A DNA stretch of 62,599 nt, counting the filler, from Mytilus trossulus (lineage: Eukaryota), in the NCBI RefSeq assembly GCF_036588685.1. It is 2 parts of one record of this genome, joined end to end, with 100 filler letters (N's around TTAATTAATTAA, not from the genome) between each part and the next. Parts side by side here need not be neighbours in the genome. Positions count along the whole stretch, not along the records: positions 1 to 31,131 come from NC_086377.1; positions 31,232 to 62,599 come from NC_086377.1. One strand, written 5' to 3'. Position 1 is the stretch's first letter, and the number at the start of each line of letters is the position of its first letter. The notes below the pieces were generated by a model. It searched no databases. It worked only from the letters and a program-made list of their open reading frames with translations, and was not told where the DNA came from. A program made the position numbers and the translations under genes. Shown here piece after piece: positions 27,751 through 40,343 of the stretch.

Positions 27751-28082
27751 CTTTAGTTTTTGGTCATCTTTATCACATTACTGTTGTTGTAATACATGCC
27801 ATTAGGAAAGAAAAAGTTACAGATGAGAAGTGTATTTAGTTTAGACTTTTCCGACTTTCAACTGACATGATAGGAAATAGTTACATCATTTGGTATTCCT
27901 ACATTTGTAAAAGGACATTTTCAAAAAGACTGTAGTAGTTGTTTGAATGTTGTAACATATCACCACAATTAATTTCAAACAACGTCCATAATTGTTACGT
28001 ATTGAAACTATAAAACTGTGCTATCCTCACTCTACATTGCCAGTTGGTACTTTAGAAAGTGGCAAAGATAAGAAAAAAGAAA

Positions 28083-28153
28083 TGCATCGGCCGGGAATCG
28101 AACCCGGGCCGCCCGCGTGGCAGGCGAGCATTCTACCACTGAACCACCGATGC
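28083..28153 (-). tRNA. tRNA-Gly(GCC), last copy of the array
   Basis: Identical to 1069-1139. Confidence 0.95.
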
Positions 28154-28470
28154 TTATAACACATAATGTCTAACTCGATCATATAAGGACAGTACATGAT
28201 TACCACGTGTTACATGGTATGTATGATAGATGGCATGTTTATTATTCAACATTGTCGGTACAACGTGTAGGAACACGAAAAACAAACAGGAAAAATTGAC
28301 GATTGATATTTCCAGCTGTCCTGTGATTGAGTGTTTACGGATGGAACTATATTATCTTACATGTATGAATATGGAACTCTTTTACAGGATGCCGACCTTA
28401 CATTGACCCCGCTATGTATGTATGTTCCGTATCTCCCTCCTTTAGTAGGAGCACCACCATGGCTTATGTT

Positions 28471-28719
28471 TATCTTGTAGATAGTATATTGTAGATAGTA
28501 TATCTTGTAGATAGTATATTTTGAAGATAGTATATCTTGTAGATAGTATATCTTGTAGATAGTATATCTTGTAGATAGCACCTTGTAGATAGTTTAGCTT
28601 TCAAATAGTATTTGCAGATATCATCGATCAAATAGTATCTTGTAGATAAAATCTTGTAGCTAGTATTTTGTAGATAGTATCTTGTAGATAGAATCCTGCA
28701 GATAGTATCTTGTAGATAG
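28471..28719. repeat. Minisatellite, ~16-18-bp unit ATCTTGTAGATAGTAT
   Basis: More than 10 degenerate tandem copies. Confidence 0.9.
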
Positions 28720-28809
28720 TTTATATTGGAGACAAATCTTGCGTACTGGAAAAGTTTATTGATATTGAACTATGGTATAGACACCTGCATGTTGGTAAAG
28801 GCTGTATGG

Positions 28810-29190
28810 GAGGGGCGAAAGATACCAAAGGGACAGTGAAACTCATAGATCAAAAGTAAACTGACAACGCCATGGCTAAAAAAGTAAAAGACAAACAGAC
28901 AAATAATAGAACTCAAGACACCACATAGAAAACTAAAGACTAAGCAACACGAACCCCAACAAAACCTGGGGGTGATTTCAGGTGATCCGGAAGGGTGAGC
29001 AGATTCTTTTCCACATGTGGCACCCGTTGTGGTGCTTATGTTATTACAAATCCGGTAAATAGTCTGATTCGGTAGGTCAAATTCGGGAAAATGGAAGGGA
29101 ATTGTAGTTCCGAAATAAGGAACATAACTGATATCATCTGTGAAACGGTAATTCAATAACGGTCAACCAACTCGTGATGGCGTCCGTAAA
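28810..29190 (+). mobile_element. Interspersed non-autonomous repeat beginning AGGGGCGAAAGATACCAAAGGGACAG
   Basis: Same head recurs at ~44620 and ~61063 (+), and at ~53570-53600 and ~57410-57677 (-); right boundary approximate. Confidence 0.6.
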
Positions 29191-30020
29191 ATTTACGAAG
29201 GGAAGATTTGAACTTCACCATTTGGAACTCTGGGTTTAATAGCTTCATTGTGAGCAACAACTCTCTATCATGGGAATCATGATAGGAAACACAAGCCCGG
29301 GAATATCGTATCAATTGGGAGATATATATTTCGTATGCATGCGCTATTGGAATGTTGCTACATAGATATGGAAAGTCATAATTGGGAAACTGAAATCATC
29401 TCTGTGTATGTTGCCTTTTTGATGTCCTTCTGGTTAACTTTGCATTCTGTATCATGTACGTTTATCCTGCGTCTCCATCTATTCACATTAAAATTACAGT
29501 TCACATGCAATACACAGAAAATTAAAGGCTTACCAACACGAAACTCGCCAAAAAGAATAATCCAGTGCTCCAGTGGTGGCAAATTCAATCGGGAAAACCG
29601 AAGGAATAATCTATATACAAAACAATATAATAAAACAGATATGACAGACAGCAGCTTATGACAATCACAAAATAACAAGCTCAATAACGAGATGGGATTG
29701 GGGTTAAACATTTTTTCCAGTTCCACTGAAGTTACAGCACAACGTAATAATAAACTTTAAAACTTAATTGAAAAAGAAAAAGGCTGGACCCATCAGTTCG
29801 ACACAAAGTACAGCAATAAAAAAGAAAATTAAGACTTAAAGTTCTGCTGTAAGGGTACTATTTGTCACTAAAAGGTAGTTAAAAGCATAATTAGAATGTT
29901 GAACAAATGCTTTATATTTTTTTTTACCTGTTTATTGACAAAGTTATATATTACAACACAAACTCCATTTAACCACCACTTTTTCAAACTGTTTTGAGCA
30001 ATTAAACAGACAGCTAATAC

Positions 30021-30350
30021 TTTTGTATGCCCCATTTATGGACATTAATTTTTCTGGTTTGTGCGTCCGTTCGTCCGTGCGTCCATCCGTTCGTTCGTTC
30101 GTTCGTTCGTTCGTTCGTTCGTTCGTTCGTTCGTTCGTTCGTTCGTTTGTTCGTTCGTTCGTCGCTTCAGGTTACAGTTTCTGATCAAGGTAATTATTGA
30201 TGAACTTGAAACTTAGAACACATATTTCCTATGATATGATCTTTCTTTTTTTTATGCCAAATAAGAGGTTATATCCCATTTTCACGGTTCACTGAACAAA
30301 GAAAATGATAGTGCGGATTGGGCATCCGTGTACTATGGACACATTTTTGT
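30021..30350 (+). mobile_element. Helentron-associated non-autonomous element (HINE / DINE-1-like) with (TTCG)n and GTCC microsatellite
   Basis: 5' TTTTGTATGCCCC...GGACAT palindrome, microsatellite, 3' GGGCAT subterminal IR, GTGT-..-ACAC hairpin and T-run. Confidence 0.65.
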
Positions 30351-30593
30351 TTTTCCTGGGTTTGATAGACTTGAACATATCATGAGTACAATACATATAT
30401 GATTTAAACACTTATACACATATTTGAAGACAAGCTACATCTAAATTTCATTTTCATGTTTATTTGACATTAATACATTATAGAACAATCCATATTTTAA
30501 CACTGTTTGTAACTTTTGATGAATGAATCTTACATAATATGTTTTTCTAATTTGATAGACACTATTATATTGTACAAAACATATATTGTTTAA

Positions 30594-30839
30594 AGTAGTA
30601 CCAAACACTTTCACTTAAACTAATTTGGCTCGTTTAATTTTCATAAATTAACAAAAATATAAAAAAAATCAAAAATTTGGAATCAACCGTTTAGTTAGAA
30701 AAATTATACTGATTATATAGCAGTTTGACAAACACCATTTTTTTTTATTGAGAAGCTTAATATTCCTTTTACAACAAAACGTAATTAAAACGTTTACCTG
30801 ACTTTACAGAGTTATCTCCCTGTAGTGTTAGGTACCACC
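30594..30839. mobile_element. MITE with TTAA target site (Kolobok-like)
   Basis: TTAA|AGTAGTACCAAACAC ... GTGTTAGGTACCACC|TTAA; second copy at 50787-51060. Confidence 0.75.
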
Positions 30840-30884
30840 TTAAACAAATCCGACATTTACTTTTCGAATTTTAATTAATATAAC

Positions 30885-31131
30885 TATATTCTACAACATG
30901 TAAACTATTTTTAATAACAATGATTCAAACTATTTTTAATAACACTTACTCAAACTATTTTTGATAACACTGATTCAAACTATTTTTAATAACACTGATT
31001 CAAACTATTTTAATAACACTGATTCAAACTGTTTTTAACATATTCTACATATATTCTTCCCAGTTTTAAAAAAACAAGCATAACTGTATTGTAAAACCCA
31101 TTCACTGAATAACACTGGTTCAACCTGTTTT
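30885..31131. repeat. Minisatellite, ~25-bp unit AACACTGATTCAAACTATTTTTAAT
   Basis: About 6 tandem copies, with a further degenerate copy abutting the gap. Confidence 0.8.
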
Positions 31132-31231
31132 NNNNNNNNNNNNNNNNNNNNNNNNNNNNNNNNNNNNNNNNNNNNTTAATTAATTAANNNNNNNNNNNNN
31201 NNNNNNNNNNNNNNNNNNNNNNNNNNNNNNN
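31132..31231. other. Assembly gap with artificial TTAATTAATTAA linker (44N-12-44N)
   Basis: Symmetric N runs around a six-frame-stop spacer at 31176-31187. Confidence 0.95.
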
Positions 31232-31399
31232 GGACTTAATTTGATAAAAGCTGTACCATAAGTGGATCAAACATATGCAACCATGGTTATTTGACTTATT
31301 ATTAATTGCCCTTCCGTGGCACGTGATATCACCTCTACTTTTTGTCAGCTTATTTTAAACTTATGAGTTTAAATTTCCCTTTGGTATCCTTTGAAACTA

Positions 31400-31570
31400 A
31401 GGCTTTTCAACCTCATGAATAGATTACCTTACCTGTATTTGGCAAAACTTTTAGGAATTTTGGTCCTCAATGCTCTTCAACTTCGTTCTTTATTTGGCCT
31501 TTTATAACTTTTTTGATTGGAGCGTCACTGATGAGTGTTTTGTAAATTTATTCCTGGTATCTATAATGAG
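31400..31570 (+). mobile_element. Retrozyme-like repeat remnant with a deleted hammerhead core
   Basis: GAGCGTCA-CTGATGAG present but GAAA/stem III half missing; upstream sequence resembles 56720-56820. Confidence 0.55.
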
Positions 31571-32514
31571 GTTTTTTGCCTTCTTCTTATAAAAACCAAT
31601 ACTACTAAGCAGAACGTTTCACTATGGTATTTTGATAAACAATGAGTATTTGTCGGAATCATGTCGATACTTGGTTTTTTTTCAAAGAGATTTTCCATAT
31701 GTATGGCGAATAGAAAAACTAAGAAAATTCTGATGATGTTATACACTTACGATTAGAATATAGACACAACAAAACGATAGGCATTAGATAGATCTTGGTT
31801 TAGTCTGAAATTGTCTCGACCAAGGCTAGACCAGTGTCGACCAGTCTCGACCTATCTCGACTAGTCTTGACCTTAAATTGTTTTTGTCTTGACCGGTCTG
31901 AAGCAGCCCATCTCATTAAATTAAATATAGATGTTATAAAATTCTAGGTTATTTGGTTGTTTAATTCATTGCTGTTATATAAAAGAATTAAATCAATACA
32001 TAAAAAAAATGATTAAATTTAGATAGTCATCTTTTGATTATTACTATAACTTTTTCAAGTCAACTTGGATTTTCATAAAACTCTACAGCTATCTTAATTA
32101 TTCTTTGATCTTACAGAATACGAGGTTGTTTGGGGCTATTGGTACTTTACGGAACGGAACGGAACGGAACGGAACGGAACGGAACAGAATTTCATTTAAG
32201 GTATCCAAAGGGGGCATTTATCAAAATTTCGAAAAATCTTTAAAACAAAACAAACTTTAAAATTTCTGTGTTTTACGGTTTTCCATATACAAAGAACACA
32301 AATGTACTATAATCTCATCTTCACAGGTGAAATGTGCAATAATGTATAACATCGGGAACTATTCTGTAAATAAATATGTCGGATTGTCCTGATAAATTAT
32401 CATGAAATTAACGCATTTGCAAGTCATGCATTATGATATCTAGACTGACCTCACGTCGTCCTTTCCGACGATGATTAGACACATTGGTTCTGATTTTAAC
32501 TTTTTAAATTTATT

Positions 32515-35500
32515 ATTCCGTTCCGCAAAGTACCAATTGCTCTGAGGAATTGGTATTTAACGGAATCGAACGGAACCAGACATTTATAATGAAATAAAAG
32601 TAGTATGATAAAAAAAAAATGTGTCTGACACCCCTTTTTGCAGAAGAAATAAGTGTTTTAGATAGCATTCCCGACCAGATAAATAATTTATTTACCAATG
32701 GAAGGAGTAAGATTTTTTGTTTTTGTCTAAGCTGCCTTTGTTTTAAATTCTTAATAATTAAGAATTTAAAACAAAGGCAGCTTAGACAAAAACAAAAAAT
32801 CTTACTCCTTCCATTGGTAATTATATTTTTTAAAAGAGGCCTTCCACCTCTCGTGCCGACGAGAATTAGAAACAGTAATCAAGTTGAATCTGATTTAAAC
32901 TTTTTAATTTATTATTCCGTTCCGTTCCGTTCCGCAAAGTACCAATTGCTCTGAGGAATTGGTATTTAACGGAATCGAACGGAACCAGACATTTATAATG
33001 TAATAAAAGCAGTATGATAAAAAAAATGTGTCTGACACCCCTTTTTGCAGAAGAAATAAGTGTTTTAGATAGCATTCCCGACCAGATAAATAATTAAGAA
33101 TTTAAAACAAAGGCAGCTTGGACAAAAACAAAAAATCTTACTCCTTTCATTGGTAATTATATTTTTTAAAAGGCCTTCCACCTCTCGTGCCGACGAGAAT
33201 TAGAAACAGTAATCAAGTTGAATCTGATTTAAACTTTTTAATTTATTATTCCGTTCCGTTCCGTTCCGCAAAGTACCAATTGCTCTGAGGAATTGGTATT
33301 TAACGGAATCGAACGGAACCAGACATTTATAATGTAATAAAAGCAGTATGATAAAAAAAAATGTGTCTGACACCCCTTTTTGCAGAAGAAATAAGTGTTT
33401 TAGATAGCATTCCCGACCAGATATATAATTAAGAATTTAAAATAAAGGCAGCTTAGACAAAAAGTCTTACTCCTTCCATTGGTAATTATATTTTTTAAAA
33501 GAGGCCTTCCACCTCTCGTGCCGACGAGGATTAGAAACAGTAATCAAGTTGAATCTGATTTAAACTTTTTAATTTATTATTCCGTTCCGTTCCGTTCCGC
33601 AAAGTACCAATTGCTCTGAGGAATTGGTATTTAACGGAATCGAACGGAAACAGACATCTATAATGTAATAAAAGCAGTAGGATAAAAAAAATGGGTCTGA
33701 CACCCCTTTTTGCAGAAGAAATAAGTGTTTTAGATAGCATTCCCGACCAGATAAATAATTAAGAATTTAACACAAAGGCCGGATAGACAAAAAGTCTTAC
33801 TTCTTCCATTGGTAATTATATTTTTTAAAAGAGGCCTTCCACCTTTCGTTCCGACGAGGATTAGAAACAGTGATCAAGTTGAATCTGATTTAAACTTTTT
33901 AATTTATTATTCCGTTCCGTTCCGTTCCGTAAAGTACCAATTGCTCTGAGGAATTGGTATTTAACGGAATCGAACGGAACCAGACATTTATAATGTAATA
34001 AAAGCAGTATGATAAAAAAATGTGTCTGACACCCCTTTTTGCAGAAGAAATAAGTGTTTTAGATAGCATTCCCGACCAGATATATAATTAAGAATTTAAA
34101 ATAAAGGCAGCTTAGACAAAAAGTCTTAATCCTTCCATTGGTAATTATATTTTTTAAAAGAGGCCTTCCACCTCTCGTTCCGACGAGGATTAGAAACAGT
34201 GATCAAGTTGAATCTGATTTAAACTTTTTAATTTATTATTCCGTTCCGTTCCGTTCCGCAAAGTACCAATTGCTCTGAGGAATTGGTATTTAACGGAATC
34301 GAACGGAACCAGACATTTATAATGTAATAAAAGCAGTTTAATAAAAACATGTGTCTGACACCCCTTTTTGCAGAAGAAATAAGTGTTTTAGATAGCATTC
34401 CCGACCAGATAAATAATTAAGAATTTAAAACAAAGGCAGCTTAGACAAAAACAAAAAATCTTACTCCTTTCATTGGTAATTATATTTTTTAAAAGAGGCC
34501 TTCCACCTCTCGTGCCGACGAGAATTAGAAACAGACTGTCAGTAATCAAGTTGAATCTGATTTAAACTTTTTAATTTATTATTCCGTTCCGTTCCGTTCC
34601 GCAAAGTACCAATTGCTCTGAGGAATTGGTATTTAACGGAATCGAACGGAACCAGACATTTATAATGTAATAAAAGCAGTATGATAAAAAAAAATGTGTC
34701 TGACACCCCTTTTTGCAGAAGAAATAAGTGTTTTAGATAGCATTCCCGACCAGATAAATAATTAAGAATTTAAAATAAAGGCAGCTTAGACAAAAACAAA
34801 AAATCTTACTCCTTCCATTGGTAATTATATTTTTTAAAAGAGGCCTTCCACCTCTCGTGCCGACGAGGATTAGAAACAGTAATCAAGTTGAATCTGATTT
34901 AAACTTTTTAATTTATTATTCCGTTCCGTTCCGTTCCGTAAAGTACCAATTGCTCTCAGGAATTGGTATTTAACGGAATCGAACGGAACCAGACATTTAT
35001 AATGTAATAAAAGCAGTATGATAAAAAAATGTGTCTGACACCCCTTTTTGCAGAAGAAATAAGTGTTTTAGATAGCATTCCCGACCAGATATATAATTAA
35101 GAATTTAAAATAAAGGCAGCTTAGACAAAAAGTCTTACTCCTTCCATTGGTAATTATATTTTTTAAAAGAGGCCTTCCACCTCTCGTGCCGACGAGGATT
35201 AGAAACAGTAATGAAGTTGAATCTGATTTAAACTTTTTAATTTATTATTCCGTTCCGTTCCGTTCCGTTCCGCAAAGTACCAATTGCTCTGAGGAATTGG
35301 TATTTAACGGAATCGAACGGAAACAGACATCTATAATGTAATAAAAGCAGTAGGATAAAAAAAAATGGGTCTGACACCCCTTTTTGCAGAAGAAATAAGT
35401 GTTTTAGATAGCATTCCCGACCAGATAAATAATTAAGAATTTAAAACAAAGGCAGCTTAGACAAAAAGTCTTACTCCTTCCATTGGTAATTATATTTTTT

Positions 35501-35760
35501 AAAGAGGCCTTCCACCTCTCGTTCCGACGAGGATTAGAAACAGTAATCAAGTTGGATCTGATTTAAACTTTTTAATTTATTTTTCCGTTCCGTTCCGTTC
35601 CGCAAAGTACCAATTGCTCTGAGGAATTGGTATTTAACGGAATCGAACGGAAACCGACATCTATAATGTAATAAAAGCAGTATGATAAAAACAAGTCAGA
35701 CCCTTCTTTTTTGAATGAGTGGTAAGTGTTTTAGATAGCATTTCGACTTGATCAATATTT
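32515..35760 (+). repeat. Left-arm tandem array of ~330-bp units (10 junction motifs)
   Basis: GTACCAATTGCTCTGAGG recurs near 32530, 32939, 33273, 33604, 33934, 34263, 34606, 34943, 35277 and 35607. Confidence 0.92.
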
Positions 35761-35762
35761 AA

Positions 35763-36952
35763 ATAAACAGCTGCGCCATGAGCGCATGATACGCCCGTCG
35801 TCTTGTGAAAAAAACAGAAATCTTTTTTGAATAACACAGGGTTGTACAGGATGTCATGCTTAGTATATCCTGACTCCTTCCTTATTCCCGCTCAATAGGA
35901 AGATTCATCATTGTACAAGATGTATTTGGAAACCCGACGCAACATTAGCCTGTTAAGTTTTAAGCAATAGAGATACAGCGCAACATGTGAAAAAAACCTC
36001 TTTTTTTTACAAAAAACTCAATAACTCGAAAATATAAAAATGAATCATCACCAAAAAGTATACAGATCCTTAGATTAATATAAAGAAGTGTGTAAAGTTT
36101 TAAGCAATAATCATAAATCGTTTTTGAGATATGGTGCGACATGTAAACCCCCCTTTTTTTTTTTACAAAATACTCAATAACTCAAAAATGAAATTTTGAA
36201 TCATCACCAAAACGTATACAGATTTTAAGATTAATATAACAAAGACATGTGTAAAGTTTTAAGCAATAATCATAAATCGTTTTTGAGATATGGTGCGACA
36301 TGTAAACCCCCCCTTTTTTTTTTTACAAAATACTCAATAACTCAAAAATGAAATTTTGAATCATCACCAAAACGTATACAGATCTTAAAATTAATATAAC
36401 AAAGACATGTGTAAAGTTTTAAGTAATAATCATAAATCGTTTTTGAGATATGGTGCGACATGTGAAAAAAAACACACCCCTGTTTTAGTTACAAAGTGCC
36501 GTAACTCAAAAAGTTGTAATCTTATTTTCACAAAAAAAACCTCCCCCTTTTTTACAAAATACTCAATAACTCAAAAATTAAATTTTGAATCATCACCAAA
36601 AAGTATACAGATATTAAGATTAATATAACTAAGAAGTATTTAAAGTTTAAAGCCATAATCAAGAATCGTTTTTGAGATACGGTGCGACATGTGAAAAAAA
36701 CACACCCCTGTTTTAGTTACAAAGTACCGTAACTCAAAAAGTTGTAATCTTATTTTCACAAAAGAGTATACAGATCATTTGACCATCATAAGAAACAACT
36801 ATGTTAAGTTTCATGAAATTTGGATAAGTCGTTCTCAAGTTACGGTGCGACATGTTTACACCGGACAGACGGACAGACGGGCGGACGGACGGACGGACAC
36901 TGGACATTTGTATACCATAATACGTCCCGTCAAAATTGACGGACTTTTAAAA
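35763..36952 (-). mobile_element. Helentron-associated non-autonomous element (HINE) nested in the Foldback arm
   Basis: TGCGC-CATGA-GCGCA hairpin plus ATACGCCCGTC at one end; ATACGTCCCGTCAAAATTGACGGAC palindrome at the other; GGAC microsatellite; internal ~120-bp tandem repeats; the host 330-bp unit resumes at ~36953. Confidence 0.8.
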
Positions 36953-37097
36953 AATAACACAAAGACAGGTTAGACAAAAGGTCTTTCTACTTCCATTGGT
37001 AATTATAAATTAAAAAAGGGGCCTTCCGAAGATGATTAGAAACAGTGATCAAAACTTGACAGACAAAAGATTGACGTGCGAGTTTAAGACAATGTAA

Positions 37098-37269
37098 TGT
37101 GATGCCTGAAACACTTCTCAAGCAACGTGGGTCCTATTTGGCACCACAAATAGCAGAGATCTACAAAAAGCTTGGCTGTGACAAAGAGACGTCTGCAGTA
37201 CTCAAACTTTATTTATAGAACGAACAACATAAAAACAAGTACACAATCCCGAACCTTATAACCGTTACA
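37098..37269 (-). repeat. 3' LTR
   Basis: Direct repeat of 41026-41197 with 7 substitutions by manual count; preceded on - strand by PPT AAAGAAAAAGGGGGATAG (37270-37287). Confidence 0.93.
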
Positions 37270-37343
37270 CTATCCCCCCTTTTCTTTATAAACAGACAGT
37301 TCTCAATAAGAATATCTCTTATTTTTTTGCACAAATGTTTTTG

Positions 37344-38500
37344 TCAATCTTTGAAACGTAAGGGTTGGTTTATTTTGCGTCCATATCGACTGATTTTAGG
37401 TGGGTGCTTTTCTTTTGTCATCTGATGATTCCCAGGTAAGCCTGGAGCCTGTGTCCTCGACTCACTGGAATCTGAACTGTCATCCATCTTGGGTGAAATC
37501 TTTGGATTTAAGGCATCATTGAGAGACCCTATCTTCTTGGTTACGTTTGCATGGGTCTTGCTACCACTTGAGACTGGACTCAGTGTCTCCGAATCACGTG
37601 ATATAATCTCCTTCTGTTCTGATTCATCATCTTGTTTGGTTGAATTCTTGCCCGAATCTAAACTTTGTATCGTCTGTTCTAATGAACATATGATATAGTC
37701 TTCAAATAGTGAATTCTCTTTCTTTGAACTATCAGATTTATCGTCGTTAGCCGCATCATAAGCATCTGAAATTTCGACAACAAATTCTTGCGATAGCTTA
37801 ATATTCTTGTTCTCAAACCAACCTGAGTCTGGAGCCTGTGTCCTCGGCTCATGTGGCACATTTGAACCAATCGCACTTACCTCGTCCATGTCTGAAACAT
37901 TATCTTTTTCAAGATTATCCTGTAGGCGAGTTTCCACTAAAACCGACCCAGTGTTGTTATTGTCTTGTAAGGAAGCTGGGTCTAAAACATCAACAATACT
38001 TTCTTTTAGACTTTCAACTCCTCCATATACATCTGTCTCGTCCATGGGCTTTAAAGTATCTAAAGTGGGTTCCATTCCAGCCGTCACTCTTGATATTTGG
38101 CAATCATTTTCTGTTCGATACCGTCCTGGTATCAGCTCATTATTTATCAGCAGATCACCTTATTTGGCCATTATGATACCATCTACTTCTTTCAGTAAGT
38201 CTATTCCAATCAAAATATCATCTCTTATGGGGGCAATGCATACTCTCCAAATTATCTCCTTTTTACCCAGTTGAAGCTTTGCAACAATATTCATGTCAGC
38301 CTCCATTTCTTTCCCATTTTCTGCATTCAATAAGCAAGCTTTTATACCGGTAGTACCGCTCAAACCAATACAATTTGCAAAGGATCTTGAAAGTACCGTT
38401 ACATCTGCTCCTGTATCAACAATAGCATCGACCTTATTGCCATTGACTTGAATTGGAATGAGTAAATCTTGTCCTCTGCCAATTTGATAATATATCTCCT
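37344..38500 (-). pseudogene. Retroviral-type aspartic protease followed by an acidic low-complexity tail; in-frame stop at 38160-38162
   Basis: Manual translation LLIPIQVNGNKVDAIVDTGADVTVLS ... DDILIGIDLL; same frame continues through TAA into the 247-aa ORF ending SRYGRKINQPLRFKD. Confidence 0.85.
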
Positions 38501-40343
38501 TTCACAATCAGCACCAGTATCTTGTCTTCTCATAGGGCTGGGGGATCGTGATCTTTTTGGACAATCACGTTTGAAATGGCTTTTATCGCCACAAAAATAA
38601 CATCCCGTTGACTGTGCTGTCAAGGTAGCTGGTTTTGAATCATGCAGCATGGCCCTTTCTAAAAGACCTCTTAGTGCTTTGATTTCATTCTGTAATGTTT
38701 GATTATCTGGTTTCCGAAATGAATTTACCAACTGCCTAACGCTGTCCATCCCTTCATATTGGTCAGTACTCTTTTCCTCTTCATCTTTCCACGTAACGCG
38801 TCTGGTCCTTTGTTTTGTATTATAATCAACATCCCTGCCCAACGTAGCATGATAATTGTGTTGTAGTTGTACAACAATATCTAGTGCTGAAGATACAGTC
38901 TAAGGTTGGTGGTTTAAAGCTTCATATGCTATTTTGGCGTTCTTGTGGCCCTTCAAAAAGTGTTCCGCTGCAAGTTCCTCTTGTAACTCGATACTACTTG
39001 TTGGGTATGCTCTTGAGACTAATCGTCTTACTTCTTCAGCAAACTCTTCATTCTTTTCATTGTGTTGTCTTAAATCAGATAGTTTTTTTCGTGCAGTGGA
39101 TGGGGGCTCTTTTCGGTTGAACCTGTTTTCCTTGTGACGCGAATTGGATTCAAAAGTATCTCTTTCCTGTCGAGGAATTGCGGTCATAAATTTACTCGCC
39201 TGTCCTCGCAGGCATTCAATGTACCTATCTAACTTTTCCTCCTCTGTCCATTCGTTTCTCCTAGCTTCCCTGTTGAATGGGATAATAAACCCCTCATAAT
39301 CATCCTTCCCGTCGAATGTTGGAAGTTTTTGGTGCGGAACGTCACTATTTGGTACTTTTTGTCTTGTCTGCTGTGTATTGTTACTACTGTGCATAGCTTC
39401 AATATCACTAGAAAACGAAGGTTGTATGTTTCTTATCAAATCTTGTCTATTATTAGTGTTCATAGACCTCGACCTAGACTCCCATCTTTCTATAGTGCTT
39501 AACAACGGTTTAAAAGGGGGGAGTGTTGTGGTATCCCTTGGTGTTGATGACAATGGTGTGTGTGAATTAGCATTTAGTCTGGGACTGTTCCCGCGACCAA
39601 ACTGCAAACTCCCGTTCTGTCTGTCATCATCTAAATTCTGTGTTGTTGTATCCCTTTGTGTTGATGACAATGGTGTGTGTGAATTTGCATTTGGTCTGGG
39701 ACTGTTCCCGCGACCAAACTGCAAACTTCCGGTCTGTATGTCATCATCTGTATTCTGGGACGATGGCCTGGGACTGTTCCCTAGACCGAACTGCAAATAT
39801 CCTATTGGTTGATTATCTAAACTAAATGAAGGTGGTCTGGGACTGTTCCCACGACCGAACTGTAAAACCGATTTCGGCTTGCTATCTTGACCGAACAGAG
39901 ATTGTCTGTGACTGTTCTCTTGGTCAACCTGAAAACTGTCAACTGGTTTGTTTTCACCTAACTTAGGGTCTAGGTGTTCATTATTTCCATCATATAATCC
40001 ATACTTTGGACAAATAGAAGACCCAGAAAAATCGTCAACTGTGTAACCGGAAGTATTAGTTCCTGTGCTCTTAATGTCGGATTTCGATGTCTCCCGGTTC
40101 TGCAAAAACGTATTGTTCATTTCTTCTATACTTCTACTTTGTTGGTAGAGTAGCTGCATTGTATTGGCAGAAACCTCATCCTGTTTTCTAAACATATGTC
40201 ATGGTGTCAGCCAAGGTTCCCATGTCGTTCCCCATTCTTTCTAACACGTTAAGCATTTTTATGCCAAACTGATCACCATTTGGCGGGGAATCTTCGCTGA
40301 CTTTTCGATCAGAACCCGTCTCTACTACTGTATCGTCATTCAT
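38500..40343 (-). pseudogene. gag: gag (capsid-like region and CCHC zinc knuckle), disrupted
   Basis: KLPTFDGKDDYEGF...W...LRGQA and LRQ..E..EEFA motifs; CYFCGDKSHFKRDC; in-frame TAG at 38900-38902 joins two ORFs; probable ATG at 40343 with a frameshift near 40195. Confidence 0.85.

Larger units (their letters stand above)
1..28284. repeat. 1104-bp tandem tRNA gene array (tRNA-Glu TTC + / tRNA-Gly GCC -), about 26 units visible; continues beyond the left edge and across the N gap
   Basis: Sequence recurs with exact 1104-bp period (ORF track 170, 1274, 2378...). Identity ends after GAACACGAAAAACA at 28284. Confidence 0.98.

Noticed and set aside
28357-29726. ORFs of 74-128 aa right of the array
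   Set aside because: They overlap a minisatellite and interspersed repeats and show no protein motifs.
31176-31187. TTAATTAATTAA palindrome
   Set aside because: Centred in a 100-bp N gap; an artificial six-frame stop linker.
37489-39825. + strand ORFs over the LTR element interior
   Set aside because: Antisense shadows of gag and the protease-tail frame.
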